64,000 nt of DNA from Octopus sinensis (Eukaryota): NCBI RefSeq assembly GCF_006345805.1, contig NC_043012.1:34844001-34908000 (forward strand), written 5' to 3'. This document shows, one piece after another, positions 1-13,893 of the stretch (positions are counted from its first letter, which is position 1; each line of letters starts with the position of its first letter). A program made the translations under genes and the position numbers. Under the pieces are notes generated by a model. That model worked only from the letters and a program-made list of their open reading frames with translations, was not told the origin of the DNA and made no database searches.

Positions 1-286
1 ATTTGTAGTTGTTTTTTCTTAAGTTTCTGCAATTTCAACCAATCAATGACGTCTATTGGAGGTGAAAACATTCTGTGCCGTATGAATATGTCCCTCGTTT
101 AAGAAACAGATTGGGTTTATTTACATTTCTGAAGAAAAAAAGATACCCTTCCTCCACCCCTAACCCTAACCCTAACTAACCCTAAAACAGATTGAAATGC
201 AATAGATCGATACTAGAGTCATAATTATGGGTGACAATTTCATATGACACCGGTAGAAAAAACTGCCGTTCAAACCGAAAAGATCC
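1..286. mobile_element. Partial MITE (cut by window edge), same family as 18923-19354
   Basis: Reverse complement of the 18923-19354 element. Ends in the TIR AAAAAACTGCCGTTCAAACCGAAAAGATCC at 286 and contains (TAACCC)n at about 162-184. Confidence 0.85.
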
Positions 287-579
287 GCTGGATCTTCATT
301 TGCTGCCTGTTTACAGCAAAATGTACTAACCTAACCAGAGTTACATGTTTTGGTTAGTACACCAGTTCATATTAAGTAGCGTCCATGACAAGGTGCGAAT
401 CTTGTCATGGACGCTACTTAGTAACAAGAACAACAGAAGCCGAAACAACAACAACGATAAGAATAACGGCAGCGTCAACATTTTTATGATGCTAGAACAG
501 CAACAACAACAACAACGGTGGCAGCCATCTATCAAGAACCTCTTATAACATAATCGGCTGCAGAGAGGTGAAAAGCAGA

Positions 580-930
580 AAGGAGAGGAGGAGGAGGAGG
601 AGGAGAAGAAGAAGAAGAAGAAGAAGAAGAAGAAGAAGAAGAAGAAGAAGAAGAAGAAGAAGAAGAAGAAGAAGAAGAAGAAGAAGAAGAAGACGAAGAA
701 GAAGAAGAAGAAGAAGGAGGGGAGGAGAAGGAGAAGAAGAAGAAGAAGGAGGAGGAGGGGGGGAGAAGGAGAAGAAGAAGAAGAAGTAGAAGACGAAGAA
801 GAAGAAGAAGAAGGAGGAGGAGGAGGAGGAGGAGGCCAAGGAAGAGGAGAAGAAGAAGGAGGAGGAGGCTAAGGAAGAGGAGAAGAAGAAGAAGGAGGAG
901 GAGGAGGACAAGGAGGAGAAGAGAAGGAAG
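580..930. repeat. Compound (AAG)n/(GAG)n polypurine microsatellite
   Basis: Seen directly; explains the poly-R/poly-L ORFs. Confidence 0.95.
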
Positions 931-1343
931 AGGGAATGACCCACGATGAATTGAAAGTCCTAAAATAGAGAGTAGTTGTTCTGATAAAATGTTTATTATT
1001 TATCAACAATAAACATTCTACAACAACAAGTATAGAGTAGAACCAGTACAGACAACCAGTACCAGAGGGAAAACCAGTAGATACAATAAATGGCATCAAG
1101 CAGTAAGCCGTTCAGACAGTCACCAGATAGCAATCCTTACGGCAACCGACTCCACACCACCCACCGCTACCACATAAACAACCGTCACAACACCATTACA
1201 ACAACAACAACGACAACAACCAGTAGTATACCAGCTACCACTGCACCGCCATAATTTGCAACACAACCACCAGCATAGCAGCCACCACCGCAATCACAAG
1301 CAATACCATAACACCGCAGCAGAACAAAGGCAGTTGTACAGTC

Positions 1344-1552
1344 TTAGCACGCCGGGCGAAGTGCTTAGCAGTATTTCGTCTGCCGTTGCGTTCTGAGTTC
1401 AAATTCCGCCGAGGTCGACTTTGCCTTTCATCCTTTCAGGGTCGAATAAATTAGTACCAGTTACGCACTGGGGTCCATATAATCGACTTAATCCCTTTGT
1501 CTGTCCTTGTTTGTCCCCTCTGTGTTTAGCCCCATGTGGGTAGTAAAGAAAT
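1344..1552 (+). mobile_element. SINE family A, 5'-truncated copy
   Basis: Body GAGTTCAAATTCCGCCGAGGTCGACTTTGCCTTTCATCC...TAAAGAAAT shared with more than 10 copies in the window; apparent 9-bp TSD TTGTACAGT. Confidence 0.9.
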
Positions 1553-2363
1553 ATTATTTTGTACAGTATGAAAGCTGTACACCTGACAGTCTCAAAAACA
1601 ACAACATTAGCAAGAAAATGAACAACAACAACAATATCAACTACAACAACTACAACAATGACGCAGTGAAAGTCTCCTGGGTATTTTCTACAATAGTTTA
1701 TGACGGTCTGAAGAAAAGTGATAGGTGCTGATACATTGCTGTCAGCTGTTATCAGTAAACGGTGGCTTGTAATAGAAAGTAAGACTAAACCAGAGATACA
1801 CACATAGAGGAAAAACATGTGTGGGTAGAAGAACACCATTGCTAGGGACATACATATAACTACCAGCAGTTACACACACACAATCGCATATTGCATACGC
1901 ACATACAGCATAACTCACACACATAATGGTGGTAAATTCTCCATCAATGTCGACGGTGAGAGCTTAGTTGTTTGATCCACTCACTAAATCAATAGTTGCC
2001 TATTTTACAAATATGTGAACCCACTTAATATCGTCGTATCCAGGATGTCGACAAACGTCATGCCAAATAATAATTACATATGCATAGAGCTGAGGGGGGG
2101 TCTGGTCTGAAGTCCCAATACATCGCATATATCAGGTCACTCTGATATAAAATTTTCGTTGCGTCTTGCAACCTTTTCAATAGTCTTGACTCTTGAGTCA
2201 AAACTATTGAAAAGGTTGCAAGACGCAACGAAAATTTTAGGAAAATAAAAATAAGAAAAAAGTGGAAATTTTACCAGTGTGTGTGTTACATTATAAGGCA
2301 CAAAAGGAAAATGACTCTCCCCAGACACAACAGTATATGCGTATATATATATATATATATATT

Positions 2364-2485
2364 ATGGCTGCCCCCTCGTTATCGAGTATGGCCATTGCAC
2401 GAAGCTTAACTGTTACTGGTCGAATGTGACGTTTTAGCCCAGCTAAAGATCTACAATGTCTTGTACAAAATTGGCAACTAAAACC
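2364..2485 (-). mobile_element. Extreme 3' stub of an RTE-type LINE
   Basis: Minus strand reads GFSCQFCTRHCRSLAGLKRHIR (C-terminal Cys/His motif typical of RTE ORFs) followed by a short 3' end. Second copy at 51736-51850. Confidence 0.6.
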
Positions 2486-2598
2486 TTATATATATATATA
2501 CACACACACATACATACATACATACATACATACATGCATACATACATACATACATGCATACATACATACATACATACATACATACATACATACATACA

Positions 2599-2631
<33 letters not shown>

Positions 2632-2932
2632 GCGCACATCATATGCATACATTCAAACCAACATGCCTAAAGTCACTGTAAACTGATACAATCACCAACG
2701 TGTTTCGCAGTGTCCCAAAGAACCGCCGGGGTACAAGCGCCTTTATATCAAACATCAGACGCAATATGTCTATCTATCAATGATGACTATCTGTCAATGT
2801 ACAGATTAGTTAGCCGAGAGAAGTGAATGAGTACAGTACACCGGTCTTCTATCGCGTGGAAGTCAGAACTAAGATATATTTATGATATATCCCGTTTTCA
2901 TTGACAGCTTCGTGTCGCTGCATACAAACACA

Positions 2933-3189
2933 TGTATGTATGTATGTATGTATGTATGTATGTATGTATGTATGTATGTATGTATGTATGTATGTATGTA
3001 TGTATGTATGTATGTATGTATGTATATATGTGTGTATGTATGTATGTATGTATGTATGTATGTATGTATGTATGTATGTGTTTGTGTATGTATGTATGTA
3101 TGTATGTATGTATGTATGTATGTATGTATGTATGTATGTATGTATATGTGTGTATGTATGTATGTATGTATGTATGTATGTATGTATGT

Positions 3190-3228
<39 letters not shown>

Positions 3229-3491
3229 CATGTATGTATGTATGTATGTATGTATGTATGTATGTATGTATGTATGTATGTATGTGTTTGTGTATGTATG
3301 TATATATATATATATATATGTGTGTGTGTGGTGTGCATGTATGTATGTATGTATGTATATATGTATGTATGTATGTATATATGTATGTATGTATGTATAT
3401 ATGTGTGTATGTATGTATGTATGTATGTATGTATGTATGTATGTATGTATGTATGTATATGTGTGTATGTATGTATGTATGTATGTATGTA

Positions 3492-3524
<33 letters not shown>

Positions 3525-3609
3525 ATGTGTGTATGTACGTATGTATGTATGTGTGTATGTATGTGTGTATGTATGTGTGTATATATATGTGTGTGTGTGT
3601 ATGTGTGTG
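2933..3609. repeat. (TATG)n/(TG)n array; flanking (CATA)n arrays at about 2499-2632 and 3730-3858
   Basis: Seen directly; source of the MYVC/HTYI ORFs. Confidence 0.95.
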
Positions 3610-4218
3610 GGTTGGGCAGTCGTATGGTGCTTGATTATGCATTCCACTTGTTATATTTATTGAACTGCGGCATAGCTGGAGCACTGACTGTAGAGATTTT
3701 CTCGATTGAACTTTTGCTTGTAAGCATAAACATATACATACATACGTACATACATACACACACACATACATACATACATACATGCACACATACATACATA
3801 CATACATACATACATACATACATACATACATACATACATACATACATACATACATACAGAAACATTTATGCATACACCTACACGCACTCGCGAACACACA
3901 CATACACACAAACACACGCACAAACACAAACACACGTATACACACACTCCCAACCCATAAGTGTATAAACCAAGGCATGCAATATATCAAATAAAGTATA
4001 TATACATATCTTTTTTTTTTCAAACTGACTCTTATAAAGATACTAGCTTAAAAGCCGCACTCCGCGCAGACTTTTAAGCTGGCTTCTGAGGAGGGCTGAA
4101 TAGGACTTGCATCTCGAAACCAAAGAGGGCTAAATAGCATGACTATATTACATCTATAATGACGATATGCTCTGGTGGTGTTGGATCAGCAGTTAAGGAC
4201 GGATGAGAATTAATTCTT

Positions 4219-4448
4219 ATTTCTTTATTACCCACAAGAGGCTAAACACAGAGAGGACAAACAAGGACAGACAAACAGATTAAGTCGATTATATCGACCC
4301 CAGTGCGTAACTGGTACTTATTTAATTGACCTCGAAAGGATGAAAGGCAAAGTCGACCTTGGCGGAATTTGAACTCAGAACGTGGCGGCAGACGACATAC
4401 TGCTAAGCATTTCGCCCGGCGTGCTAACGATTCTGCCAGCTCGCCACC
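4219..4448 (-). mobile_element. SINE family A, full-length
   Basis: Reverse complement of the family A consensus from head GGCGAGCTGGCAGAA to tail AAAGAAAT. Confidence 0.9.
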
Positions 4449-4770
4449 TTTACGCACATATTACGGCTGTCACTCGCAGTCGAGTGTTGCTTAGTATCAA
4501 CATGTAGCATGCATGCGTGAATAATTTTAGGTACCAGGTAGTCATAAGCAAATACAGATTATCTCGTTACTTTCACACCCTTGGACCCAGAGTAACATTC
4601 ATGATGCTACTGGTGGAGGGAATGGGTTGGCAGGGGTGAATCACAATTAGGCTGGATTTCGAAAAGACGAAAAGTTAATTTTGGCAAGATCCGAACTCGG
4701 CGCAGAAGAGTCGTAAGAAATATTGTCACGTATTCTATACAATACTCTAACGACTCTGCTAATCGGCTGC

Positions 4771-4773
<3 letters not shown>

Positions 4774-4831
<58 letters not shown>

Positions 4832-4845
4832 TGTGTGTGTGTGCG

Positions 4846-4894
<49 letters not shown>

Positions 4895-5020
4895 GTGCGT
4901 GTGTGTGTATGTGTGTGTGTGTGTGCGTGTGTGTGTGCGTGTGCGTGCGTGTGTGCGTGTTTGTGCGTGTGTGTGTGTGTGTGTGTGTGTGCGCTTGCGC
5001 GCGTGTGTGTGTGTGTGTGC
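4774..5020. repeat. (TG)n/(TGCG)n microsatellite
   Basis: Seen directly. Confidence 0.95.
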
Positions 5021-5646
5021 ATATAAGGCGTTTACGATTTACACTATTCTCTATAGATTTCCATCTGTTTAAATTTCTAAATATAGGCGAAAAAATATAA
5101 AGTTGCATTCACGCACGCCTGATAATCGGCAATGTATGACGTGTGTTTATGAAGATTTGATGGCTTACATATTTCTCTTGTATTTATATAACATCGCCAT
5201 CTAAGTAGCAATCAAAGTAGTTTGGCATTTTGAAACAAGAATTCATTAACGAACATTCCTCTTTTTGTGTTTTGTGTTTGTCGTTATGGTCACTTGTGGG
5301 TGGAGCATCACGTCCCTCTCAATGTTACTTGCTGTGGAGATGAAACAGCAAAGCAGTTTATTTTCTAGAAAGTTTATGTTTTCGCAAACAGAAACACATA
5401 AATAAACATAGATATAATTATAAATGCCTTCTACATAACTGGATGTACAAAGAGGGTGTTTATAATTATTAGCTGGTTCTGGTTCTCACGGAAGTTGACG
5501 GATGGGATGTGATGTTTAAACCTGGATAGGATATAGACTGTTGTATATCTATTTCTTTAAAGCCACATGTATTGAGAAGCATAAAATAAAGTGCTTGCTC
5601 CCACCAAATTCTCAATGAAATGTCTGCATTTACTGTGTGTTCCATG

Positions 5647-5718
5647 CACTAGCGTAGCTAGAGTGTGTGCCACCCGGGGCGGACTGCCCCTAACGCCCCA
5701 CCCCCAACTACGCTAGTG
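5647..5718. mobile_element. 72-bp hAT-type MITE
   Basis: Perfect 11-bp TIR CACTAGCGTAG/CTACGCTAGTG; 8-bp flanks GTTCCATG/GTTCCAAG (TSD with 1 mismatch). Confidence 0.75.
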
Positions 5719-5767
5719 GTTCCAAGCATCCGTCAGGTTTTCGAAGACAAAACACATTTAAACGCTG

Positions 5768-5993
5768 TTTCTTTACTACTCACAAGGAGCTAAACACAGA
5801 GGGGACAAACAAAGACAGACAAACGGATTAAGTCGATTATATCGACCCCAGTGCGTAACTGGTACTTAATTTATCGACCCCGAAAGGATGAAAGGCCAAG
5901 TCGACCTCGGCGGAATTTGAACTCGGAACGTAACGACAGACGAAATACGGCTACGCATTTCGCCCGGCGTGCTAACGTTTCTGCCACCTCGCG
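5768..5993 (-). mobile_element. SINE family A
   Basis: Matches the family A consensus on the reverse strand. Confidence 0.9.
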
Positions 5994-7050
5994 GCCCTTG
6001 AGAGAAGTAGTGTAAATATATGTGACGTCAATAACAATACTTGATAACGCTGAACTGATTGTCGGTCTAAGATGTAAGGAGACACGTTCAGAGTAAATAA
6101 GGTGTAATAATTGTGTGGGAGGTGCAAACAGCATGAAAGTGTTTGAGTGGGAATAGTAACGAGGTAGTAACAAGTGAATGCGTGGACATTTGTATGTATA
6201 GGGGGTTAGAGGGAAGCACCAGTTATTGGTACAAGGGTGTGACCGAATGGGAAAGTGATTGTTGTTCAGGACAAATCCAGGAAAAGGGACATCCGTGATA
6301 TCATACGAGACAGTAACAGTGAAATCAAGATGGAAATGGCCCGGAGATTTTCAAGTGACGGGCGAAAGGTTTGAGTGTTTCGATGCAATTTTGTTGGACG
6401 TCCGACAAATGCTCCCTATAACCATTGTTTTACTTTCAAGTAAGGATGTGATTCTATAGTTGTAGATGATTCAGTTTCCTTATCCGAGTAGGGATGATAG
6501 CATTCCAAGCTGGAATTCAACGGATTTTTCGATTATGTAATCGCTTTCCATGTGACTGTTACCTAAAGAGACAGATCTCGTTTACGAAGTCACGATAAGG
6601 AGTTTACCACGTCGCTACAAAACCACTGTTGGTGTCCACTCTTTCAATGCCCATGGAAAGTCTACTTGCGAAACATAATCATCACAAATGATGTTAGCTT
6701 TGATATAGATGAGAAAATACCTTGCTAGGACCAACAATTTCTTTTTGTACATATAGCAGGACAACTTGAGAAATATCAGTTTGATAAAATTGACTCGGTA
6801 CGAGGCCAAATATGTGCGAGAAGAGAAGTATATATCATTAAACTGACTTCACATAGTAAGTGACTAATTCTGTTTTGTCATGTCTTAGATGAATGCAAAA
6901 CCAAAATTTTATCATTTCGCAAGTTGAACTCAAGGTAAAAAAAGGAAATTCTTAATGTTATTTTTGAAAATCTAGTGGTTCCGTCAACTTGATTGAAATA
7001 TAAGAGTGTTGTTTCGTTAATTTAATTTCCATTGACTTTGAAGTTGCTGT

Positions 7051-7420
7051 TTGTTTGTTGAGCGAACGGTCTTCGTCCCAGAGCTCGCAAGATGGGAGAA
7101 GTCCGAAACGTGGTCCTTTGCTATTCGTAAGATCTGCAGAAGAGAAAGCAGGTCAACCCCCGACACCGAGAGCATCGACAGATGGATGAATGCGCATCTA
7201 GGCTCAGCGGTTGCGTAGGAAGTCGGAGACAAGAAACACGAAGAGAGAGTGAGAGAAAGTTGGAGCGAAAGAGTACAACAGGTGTCATCACCACCTGAGC
7301 CACATTGAGCTTTAGGTGTTTTCGCTCAATAAACACACACAACGCCCGGTCTGGGAATCGAAACCGCGATCCTCCGACCGCAAGTTCGCTGCCCTAACCA
7401 CTGGGCCATTGCACCTCCAC
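7051..7420 (-). mobile_element. tRNA-derived SINE family B, full-length
   Basis: Head GGAGGTGCAATGGCCCAGTGGTTAGGGC...GGTTTCGATTCCC with A/B-box-like motifs; 12-bp TSD TGAAGTTGCTGT at 7039-7050 and 7421-7432. Confidence 0.9.
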
Positions 7421-7680
7421 TGAAGTTGCTGTAAAATATAGATTGAGACTGGTTAGTTTTGCAAGGCAAGTAACAATTTAAAAGTAATATGACCTGGAGG
7501 TAGTTCATCCACAAATAATAAATAATCGATGAAAACGTAGCTAAATATTTCGTTAAATTAGCAAAATGTTTACTTCGCCAAAAAATGAAATGTAGAAAAG
7601 CGAAACAAAGTCTATGCATTTTCATTAATGTTTGTGTACTATACTCAATCAGTGGCAATAGAGATTATTTCTGTTGTTTT

Positions 7681-7900
7681 ACTACCCACAAGGGGCTAAA
7701 CACAGAGGGGACAAACAAGGACAGACAAACGGATGAAGTCGATTATATCAACCCCAGTGCGTAACTGGTACTTATTTAATCGACCCCGAAAGGATGAAAG
7801 GCAAAATCGACCTCGGCGGAATTTGAACTCAGAACGCAGCGGCAGACAAAATACCGCTAAGCCTTTCGCCCGGCGTGCTAACGTTTCTGCCAGCTTGCCG
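7681..7900 (-). mobile_element. SINE family A
   Basis: Family A consensus; apparent TSD TTCTGTTGT. Confidence 0.88.
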
Positions 7901-8595
7901 CTTTCTTCTGTTGTAAATAATTAACCATATTAATAACTGAGAATCAAGTATTTTTCAAATGATTTATTGCAATTGAAATGTAAATTCTTAATCCAAGAAC
8001 TGAAATCGGATCGCAAACTCGGCTGGTTCGCAGCCGACTAATTTTTCCTACGAGTCTTGATCTCATTTAGAAATACTTCATAGCTTTCACTCTTCTAGCT
8101 TAACTTCACCCCCAACTCACCCCCGCGCTCCCAGAACATCAACTGCATGACGCCTGTTATAGTGTAAATAGTATAATTATTCCAGGTAGAGTTAATGCTA
8201 TATTAAAACCATTTTTTTTTTTTTATCAGCTACAGCTAATTTTTTTCTGTCCCGAGGGAGCGTCATTTTACTACCAAGTCAAACTTAGGCGTAAATAAGT
8301 GGGTTATAAATGCATATTTTTTTTCTCTGTGTCATTCTTAGAAACATTTACATAAATCTGAAATGAAATTCAAGTGCAGCTTTTGAGCCAGCACCAACAG
8401 ACTCTACCACTTCTACTTCTAAAGCTTAAATTCTTTTTTAAAGTCTCAACTGGGACAACGCCCTTATTCATGATATATCTTTATATCAGACAACAAGGAC
8501 ATTTTTTCCCCTCCAGTTACAGTCTGGTGGAAACGAAATAGCATAAAGGATTAATTTGAATACCTACTGCAATGAAACATGTCAACTCCTGCCAT

Positions 8596-8660
<65 letters not shown>

Positions 8661-8668
<8 letters not shown>

Positions 8669-8953
8669 ATCACGTGACCGACCAGGCTATCAGATGTTGC
8701 TACACATCGCTGGTCACAATGGGCTTCGCGTTGTTTTAGCCATCAAATGACGCCACCCCGCTGGCTAAGCGAGCAGGTCAACATAAGAGAGAGTGAGAGA
8801 AAGTTGCGGCGAAAGAGTACAGCAGGGATTGCCCCCCACCCCTGCCGGAGCGTCGTAGAGCTTTAGATGTTTTCGCTCAATAAGCACTCACAACGAAACC
8901 GTGATCCTACGACCACGAGTCCGCTGCCCTAACCACTGGACCATTGCGCCTCC
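8661..8953 (-). mobile_element. SINE family B' (family B head and core with a different 3' tail)
   Basis: Shares head and core with family B up to CTCTCACTCT, then an unrelated tail ending ...GGTCACGTGATCACGTGAT(AT)n. Confidence 0.8.
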
Positions 8954-8955
8954 AT

Positions 8956-9673
<718 letters not shown>

Positions 9674-9678
9674 AAGAA

Positions 9679-9948
9679 GATATGTAGAGATCGACAAGAA
9701 ACAATAAATCATATTGTCTCTGGCTGCCCAGTCCTGGCTAAGAAGGAATATATTCACAGACATGACAGAGTTGGGACCTACATACACTGGAAGCTATGCC
9801 AGCACTATGGAATGACAACAGAAAAAGATGGTATAGGCACACACCAGAAAAGATCACAGAAAACGAGAAAGCAACCATACTCTGGGATATGCCGATACAC
9901 ATAGATAGAGAAATTAAGGCCAATAGGCCAGATATAATTGTCAGAAAT
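9679..9948 (+). pseudogene. Second, paralogous R4/Dong RLE-region fragment
   Basis: Reads ICRDRQETINHIVSGCPVLAKKEYIHRHDRVG, then a 1-bp frameshift, then WYRHTPEK...ILWDMPIHIDREIKANRPDIIV; ends in (TAT)n. Confidence 0.82.
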
Positions 9949-9985
9949 TATTATTATTATATTATATTATTATTATTATTATTAT

Positions 9986-10017
<32 letters not shown>

Positions 10018-10020
10018 ATC

Positions 10021-10215
10021 TACTATAGGCACAAGGCCTGAAATTTTATAGGGCTAGTCGATTATTTCGACCCCAGTTCTTGACTGGTACTTAATTTATC
10101 GACCCTTAAAGGATGAAAAGTAAAGTCGACCTCGGCGGGATTTGAAATCAGAACGTACAGACGGACGAAATGCCGCTGAGCATTTTACCCGGCGTGCTAA
10201 CGATTCTGCCAGCCC
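10021..10215 (-). mobile_element. SINE family A2 (A head and core, alternative tail ...AATTTCAGGCCTTGTGCC)
   Basis: Shared core with family A but a different tail; relatives at about 26095-26288 and 58620-58830. Confidence 0.8.
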
Positions 10216-10249
10216 ATAACCTTACTACTACTACTACTACTACTACTGC

Positions 10250-10288
<39 letters not shown>

Positions 10289-10645
10289 CATTTATCTGCG
10301 TCTCGGGCAGATATAAAGTGTGGGGGGTTTACATATAATGGAATGATAAAATTATGAAATAAGTACCAAAAATCATTGTAAGTATACACGGAATACAATG
10401 AAAAGGAAGGGAAATATACGTAGCATTGGAAGTTCAAAAAAACGGGGGGAATGATAATGATGTCCGCTCCAAATACAGGATGACCTTTAGGGATAATCGA
10501 AGAACCCCACTGTCCGAGATTTCCCTGAACACCGAGAGTAAGTGCTCTCTCCAATTCCTTCTCTCCGACTCACAGGTGCCATCCTCTCTTGTCATTTTCG
10601 CAACTTTCACCCACCTTTTAATAATCTCACTCGAGGACAGCACTT
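10250..10645 (-). mobile_element. 3' end of a LINE (family uncertain, L1/Tx1-like) with (CAT)n tail
   Basis: Minus-strand ORF remnant (IIKRWVKVAKMTR...) followed by a UTR-like stretch and AGATAAATGAAATCATCATC. Confidence 0.4.
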
Positions 10646-12256
10646 CCAGGCACAAGGCCTAGTTTTTAGGGAAGAGGTTTAAATTGATTCACAGTATTTG
10701 AATGGTACTTTATTTTAGCCAGTGTTAATAGTAAACTTAGGAAGATAAAAATAATTAACGAGAATTCATAGGAACTTTATTTTTTTAGGAGAATAAAATT
10801 ATGTAATAAGCCGACAGAAAGAAACTAACCCTCCCTTTTCCCAATTGATGACAAATTTTGGCACTTTGACTTCATGGTTCACTAACCACATGGAAATATT
10901 CTGGTCCTAAACAGATTTTGTTAAATCTAATTCTATTGTTGCAAGTCATTTCAAAATTTAGGCAATATATTTCTGTGACAGAAAAATCTAAAACAGAAGC
11001 CTTTCCTAGAAATGATTTATTATATTAGATGTTTGTCTCGTCTTTGAACCTAATGACTTCTGACAGAAAATTAATTCATCACGCTGGCACTTTATCTCTG
11101 GCTATCTCTTAGAACCCCTATCAAATGTGAATTCGGTTCTTATATAGAAAGATGTATTAAGAGGCAGATCTAGGTGGAGTTGATTGTTCGTGAAGATTAA
11201 TGAAATTATAACGTCTTTAATGCCTCATGTTCTGTCTTTCCTTTTTGGTTTGTTTAAATTGTCAAGAGAAGAGATATTAAAGAGATAATGAAGTACTTGC
11301 AATACTGATCTAGCATATAAAACCTGCTTGGAATAAACAGTATATTTCTGGTAAAAGATTTCATATGTTGAGTTTTGGGCGAGTCGTAATCTCATGCAAA
11401 TGTGTTGGCCTAATAAATAACAAGTTTCTCCCTCTTATATTAATGAGTTAATTAACGTATGTAAGGACCCAAGGCGAGAATTTTGAAAATATACCCTCCT
11501 ACCGCCATAGGAAAAAAATTCTTTTGATGTCTTATTGCTTTAATTTCTTATTTTTTTCTTTGAATATAATCAGAACAATTTCAGAAGCTGAAGTGGGTCG
11601 ATATCGGGAACACTTAAACAATAAATAAGGTAGTAAATATAAATGGGTTTTCGCCCCTTGCGACAATGAGTACTCAGTTGTTTGACCTCATGAACCACCG
11701 GCTCATTGGATTAACGTATAAGTGACCGAATATTCCACAGACACGTGTAACCTTAAGGTATACCTGAAGCAGAATCAGTGGGACATTATATGACAATGCT
11801 ATAACTTTGAAATGATGAACGCGGGATAAAGCATCAATGGTCCAGGTGTTGTCAATAGCAATCTGAGTAGTCACTTCTGAGAGACTTCCAAATTGGGGAC
11901 TAAAGACAACTTCAAAAGTCCTCACAATGGTAAAGCTGTAGGTTGGAGGGGTGAAGTGTAATTTGTTCGAAACAAGATCCTACAGGAATGAAAGGGCCGT
12001 GGAAGAGAAATCTGGGATTTTCTGTAGGGTTTCTTCCCAACTGGTGGGTTTTCCCTTGTTTTATAGAATTTTGCTTGTAAAACTTTTATTTTTTTATTCA
12101 TTTTTTTTGGGTGATATAAATCCCACTCTTCTGGTTGTACTTTGTTTTTGTATTGACCTTAATGACTTGAAACCTTTATCATCCGCCTTCTCCTCTTCCA
12201 CTTCCTCCTCCTCTTCATCATCATCATCATCACCATCATCATTATTATTATTGTTA

Positions 12257-12582
12257 TTGAGTGAGAGAGCAATGTATGCCATCAAAGTGACACTTGAGGT
12301 AAAATATACGAAGCCCAGTATACACATCATGACTACCCCTCTGATAAGGGCACACCAGACACATGCATCACAACCATATGCGCGCGACATGGTGATCTCA
12401 TATCAAGATAAACAGCGCATGACATTGCAGGTAGGGCCCAGTTAGAATTTTCATCAGGTCAGGCAACTTATCCCACTCAAGAAGTCCTTGAATAAGGGTT
12501 GTTTAAGGATGTTGAACGAAACATCTATGTTTCAAGAGGTGAATTATTCAAACCTCAAAGAATTTCTGGTCAACACATGGCT
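12257..12582 (-). mobile_element. Family C retroelement, 5'-truncated, embedded in (TAA)n
   Basis: Homologous to 20597-20915; both flanks are TTA/TAT repeats. Confidence 0.8.
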
Positions 12583-12697
12583 ATTATTATTAATAATCGT
12601 TTGCATGCTGGAGGAAATGCTTATCGGTATTTCGCCCATGGCTACCTTCCACCGAAGTCGACTTTCCCTTTCATCCTTTCGGATATATATACTGCTA

Positions 12698-12740
<43 letters not shown>

Positions 12741-12742
<2 letters not shown>

Positions 12743-12945
12743 CTCTTTACTGTTTTACTTGTTTCATTTGACTGCGGCCATGCTGGAGCACCGCCTTTAA
12801 TCGAGCAAATCGATCCCGGGACTTATTTTTTGTAAGCCCAGTAGTTATTCTATCGGTCTCTTTTGCCGAACCGCTAAGTGACGGGGACATAAACACACCA
12901 GCATCGGTTGTCAAGCGATGTTGGGGGGACAAACACAGACATACA
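12741..12945 (-). mobile_element. SINE family E, 3' half
   Basis: Homologous to 19586-19760 and 27473-27790. Confidence 0.82.
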
Positions 12946-13310
12946 AACATACACGTACACACACATATATATATACATATAAATATATATACATATATAT
13001 ATACATGTATATACACACATATATATACATATATACATGCATATATATATATACACACACACACATATATATACACACTTACATACATATATATATGCAT
13101 ATATATATATATATATAGTAATACTAAGTAATTAAGGGTTTAGCAACGATTTGCCTCACCACACACCGAATTTAGAAATAGCAGTCAAAGAGTTATAGCT
13201 ATTCTTTCTACTAAAAGGGAGATCTCAGTAAAACCGCAGCACTTGAAAGGCAAACACAGACAGGCAAGAGAGAAGGAAATGACGGCAATCTATCATACAA
13301 TTTTAAGTCA

Positions 13311-13401
13311 CCTACGGACGTACGTTTCGAAATTAAGTTTTAGGAAAGCATAAGAATTAGATAATTATGACTTACCCAACTTCTTTTCTCATCAGCGTAG
13401 G
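13311..13401 (-). ncRNA. Type I hammerhead ribozyme, copy 1
   Basis: Minus strand: CCUACG-CUGAUGA-[GAAA...UUUC, 60-nt stem II]-GAAA-CGUACG-UC-CGUAGG. Complete core, stem I of 6 bp, GUC triplet at 13319-13317. Confidence 0.85.
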
Positions 13402-13893
13402 ACACTACAATTATGAATAATTATATATTAAATTTCGAGATACTAGAAGGCATCATCTCAACTCAGTATCAGAGCGAGCTAAAACCGTTACCAGTATCAC
13501 CAAATTCAAAATGTGAATGAAAGTTTGTGTCACCAACCCCTTCCCACCAGCGTGTAGCCAAGACAAGATGTTGCGGTCATTTACTGGGATGAAATATGGT
13601 TATCAGTACTAATATAGGGTGAAATTAATTAATTTGGAATAATCATTAATTTCACCAAGTAGATTTCGGCATGTAAAAGCCTCATTCGAGGAAAGTTTAA
13701 GTAATACAAAGTAATTAAGGGTTTAGCAACGATTTGCCTCACCACACACCGAATTTAGAAATAGCAGTCAAAGAGTTATAGCTATTCTTTCTACTAAAAG
13801 GGAGATCTCAGTAAAACCGCAGCACTTGAAAGGCAAACACAGACAGGCAAGAGAGAAGGAAATGACGGCAATCTATCATACAATTTTAAGTCA

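Noticed and set aside
162-184. Telomere or chromosome end (TAACCC repeats; also 19025-19058 and 38673-38685)
   Set aside because: Only a few units, internal to a MITE or a SINE.
6260-6830. Decayed LINE AP-endonuclease region on the minus strand
   Set aside because: Only vague motif resemblance (IICDDY...DFPW) with many stops; too weak to call.
7081-7135. Hammerhead on the antisense strand of the family B tail (GAAACGTGGTCC)
   Set aside because: GAAAC...GUC is present, but there is no CUGANGA box and no stem II.
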